Origin: Candidatus Hodarchaeota archaeon
GTDB taxonomy: Archaea > Asgardarchaeota > Lokiarchaeia > Sigyniarchaeales > SOKP01
DNA: 64,000 nt
Assembly: GCA_048887225.1 (NCBI GenBank)
Contig: JBHLJY010000002.1
Location: 347,773-411,772 of the forward strand
Direction of reading: 5' to 3'
Part shown: positions 62,664 through 64,000 of the stretch, piece by piece
How positions within the stretch are numbered: position 1 is the first letter of the stretch
How the letters are laid out: each line of letters opens with the position of its first letter
The notes under the pieces: generated by a model
Database searches by the model: none
What the model was told of the DNA's origin: nothing
Seen by the model: the letters and a program-made list of their open reading frames with translations, nothing else
Made by a program: the position numbers and the translations under genes

Positions 62664-62762
62664 TTATCATAAAATCCTTTTTTTATTTGTTATATATTTT
62701 CTTAATCTTTAATTTATTTAAAAAAATTATTTTTAATGAGTAAATAATTAATTCAATCCGCA

Positions 62763-62808
62763 GCCAAGGGAACAAAATAAAAAATGGATTATAGCTTATT
62801 CCCTTGGC
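62763..62808 (-). promoter_or_regulatory. GC-rich hairpin in the pheS leader (putative attenuator structure)
   Basis: Perfect 10-bp inverted repeat GCCAAGGGAA/TTCCCTTGGC (62799-62808 and 62763-62772), extendable by 4 bp with G-U pairs. The 26-nt spacer contains UUUUUUAUUUUG. Confidence 0.7.
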
Positions 62809-62891
62809 AGAATAAAAAAATCAAAGAAAAATGAATCTTGAATAAGAACCTTTAGTAAATGACAAATATTAATCCTAATAATATTGTTCAA
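62796..62891 (-). CDS. putative Phe-rich leader peptide MNNIIRINICHLLKVLIQDSFFFDFFILPRE
   Basis: TTG at 62891 preceded by GTAGGATG and a TTTATTAA TATA-like box (62922-62929). Five Phe in codons 21-26. TAA at 62796-62798. Confidence 0.55.
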   Translation of the reverse strand: MNNIIRINICHLLKVLIQDSFFFDFFILPRE

Positions 62892-62948
62892 ATTACATCC
62901 TACTCAAGAATTCACTTAAGCTTAATAAATCATATCTAAAAAAGTTTT

Positions 62949-63395
62949 CTATGATAGATTCTCTCTAATTGATGTGGAACTAATTCTTTTTTTGTTTTTA
63001 TCCTTTAAAATTGGAATAACAATTATAATCATAGGATTAAATCCTTTGTTTTCTCTGATTTCGTTCATTTTTAACGCAACTGGATAAGTTTCTTGGCTTA
63101 CTATTAAGCCTTCATATTCGGGTTCATTAATAGGAGGACCGTATGGCTCATTTAGCTCAATTATTTCAACTCTTTTCAAATCAGTAAAAGTACTCACGAA
63201 ATTTTTAATATTTCTCTCTCTGATTTTATATTCTTCTATTTTTGATGCATATTCCTTATTTTTGAGTAATTCTTGGGTAGTTAAGCCTATTACGACCTTA
63301 TTTGAAATGGATAAGGCTGTTTTGATTAAAAACTTATGTCCTTCATGGAGATGATCGAAAGTTCCTCCCATACCTATTAAATTTAAAATTGGAAT
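62949..63395 (-). CDS. coaD: phosphopantetheine adenylyltransferase (archaeal type); probable ATT start at about 63395
   Basis: GGTFDHLHEGH, IGLT, PYGP, VSQET, RISSTSIR. Confidence 0.9.
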   Translation of the reverse strand: MPILNLIGMGGTFDHLHEGHKFLIKTALSISNKVVIGLTTQELLKNKEYASKIEEYKIRERNIKNFVSTFTDLKRVEIIELNEPYGPPINEPEYEGLIVSQETYPVALKMNEIRENKGFNPMIIIVIPILKDKNKKRISSTSIRENLS

Positions 63396-63434
63396 TACAC
63401 CTCATATAACAATAAGTAAATTTCTTAATTTTTA

Positions 63435-63869
63435 TTAGGGATTCTTTATTTTTGTAGTTTCTTGCTTCTTAATTTGAGCGACTGGTTTTTTTAATTTTAC
63501 TGAGTAAATTTGATTTATCTTCATCAATCCATGGCATTTTTTACACTTCCCTTTCTCCATGAAAATAAAATCTCCTGATTCAAAATTTCTAACATGCGTC
63601 ATTCCGCATAAATTACACGTTAATATCGTTAGTGTTTGCCGTAATGGGTCTGGTTTTTCCTTTTGCATCTGCATGAGCGTAGTACCTAAACATAAAAACA
63701 AAATACCTAAAAAAAAGTTTGACCACTGATCAGGGCCAAATCCAAGATACATGAAATAAGCCCCTATCATGATTAAAAAAATTACAAGAAGAGTTTTTAA
63801 TGCGTTTTTAAAGCTAATTCCTTTTTTTAATATTTCTTCATCCTCGTCGTCTTCATCAATCATAAGCAT
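63435..63869 (-). CDS. two-TM membrane protein with C-terminal zinc ribbon
   Basis: Two hydrophobic helices, then CNLCG...RNFESGDFIF...CKKC. Confidence 0.7.
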   Translation of the reverse strand: MLMIDEDDEDEEILKKGISFKNALKTLLVIFLIMIGAYFMYLGFGPDQWSNFFLGILFLCLGTTLMQMQKEKPDPLRQTLTILTCNLCGMTHVRNFESGDFIFMEKGKCKKCHGLMKINQIYSVKLKKPVAQIKKQETTKIKNP

Positions 63870-64000
63870 TTATCATTTTTAGAAAAATAGTAATATTATC
63901 TAATCTTTATAATAGAAAAGGATAAATAAGTTTTATTATTATCAAGTTTAGATAACTAAATAGAAAGCTTTAACGTTTAAACTAAAATGTATAATATATT

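Noticed and set aside
62763-62808. Hairpin as a SECIS element or T-box
   Set aside because: There is no AUGA/GA quartet, no in-frame UGA in neighbouring genes, and no T-box UGGNACC or specifier-loop architecture.
1-64000. CRISPR arrays, tRNA/rRNA genes, transposases, integrases, defence systems
   Set aside because: No regularly spaced repeats, GC-rich structured RNA islands or matching protein motifs were recognised by eye. A covariance-model scan would be needed to exclude small RNAs.

Overview
Very AT-rich archaeal DNA. Archaeal-type PheRS alpha/beta and CoaD, GGTG-type ribosome-binding sites and a tandem UBC-fold/RING protein point to an Asgard (Lokiarchaeia-like) genome; this assignment is inferred. 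About 57 kb is a large surface-glycan biosynthesis and modification island. It carries five GT4, four GT2, GT87-like, GtrA and ABC-2 genes, dTDP-rhamnose genes, a heptose pathway fed by non-oxidative pentose-phosphate enzymes, GDP-sugar dehydratases/reductases and an E1/ColD-like PLP C3-dehydratase. It also encodes nine SAM methyltransferases, a B12 radical SAM, two HGSNAT-like acyltransferases and a sulfur module (sat, cysC, sulfotransferase, UDP-sulfoquinovose synthase, thioredoxin, four AlkP-superfamily proteins). ileS and the UBC/RING gene sit inside the island. The right end is housekeeping: rph, pheA, pheT, pheS, coaD. The top unannotated signal is a 31-codon Phe-rich leader ORF (FFFDFF) overlapping a GC-rich hairpin directly upstream of pheS-pheT-pheA, a candidate ribosome-mediated attenuator in an archaeon. 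Other highlights are a FANCL-like multi-UBC/RING E3 candidate, recurrent non-canonical start codons and a GVHH-type IleRS. No tRNA, rRNA, CRISPR array or transposase was recognised.
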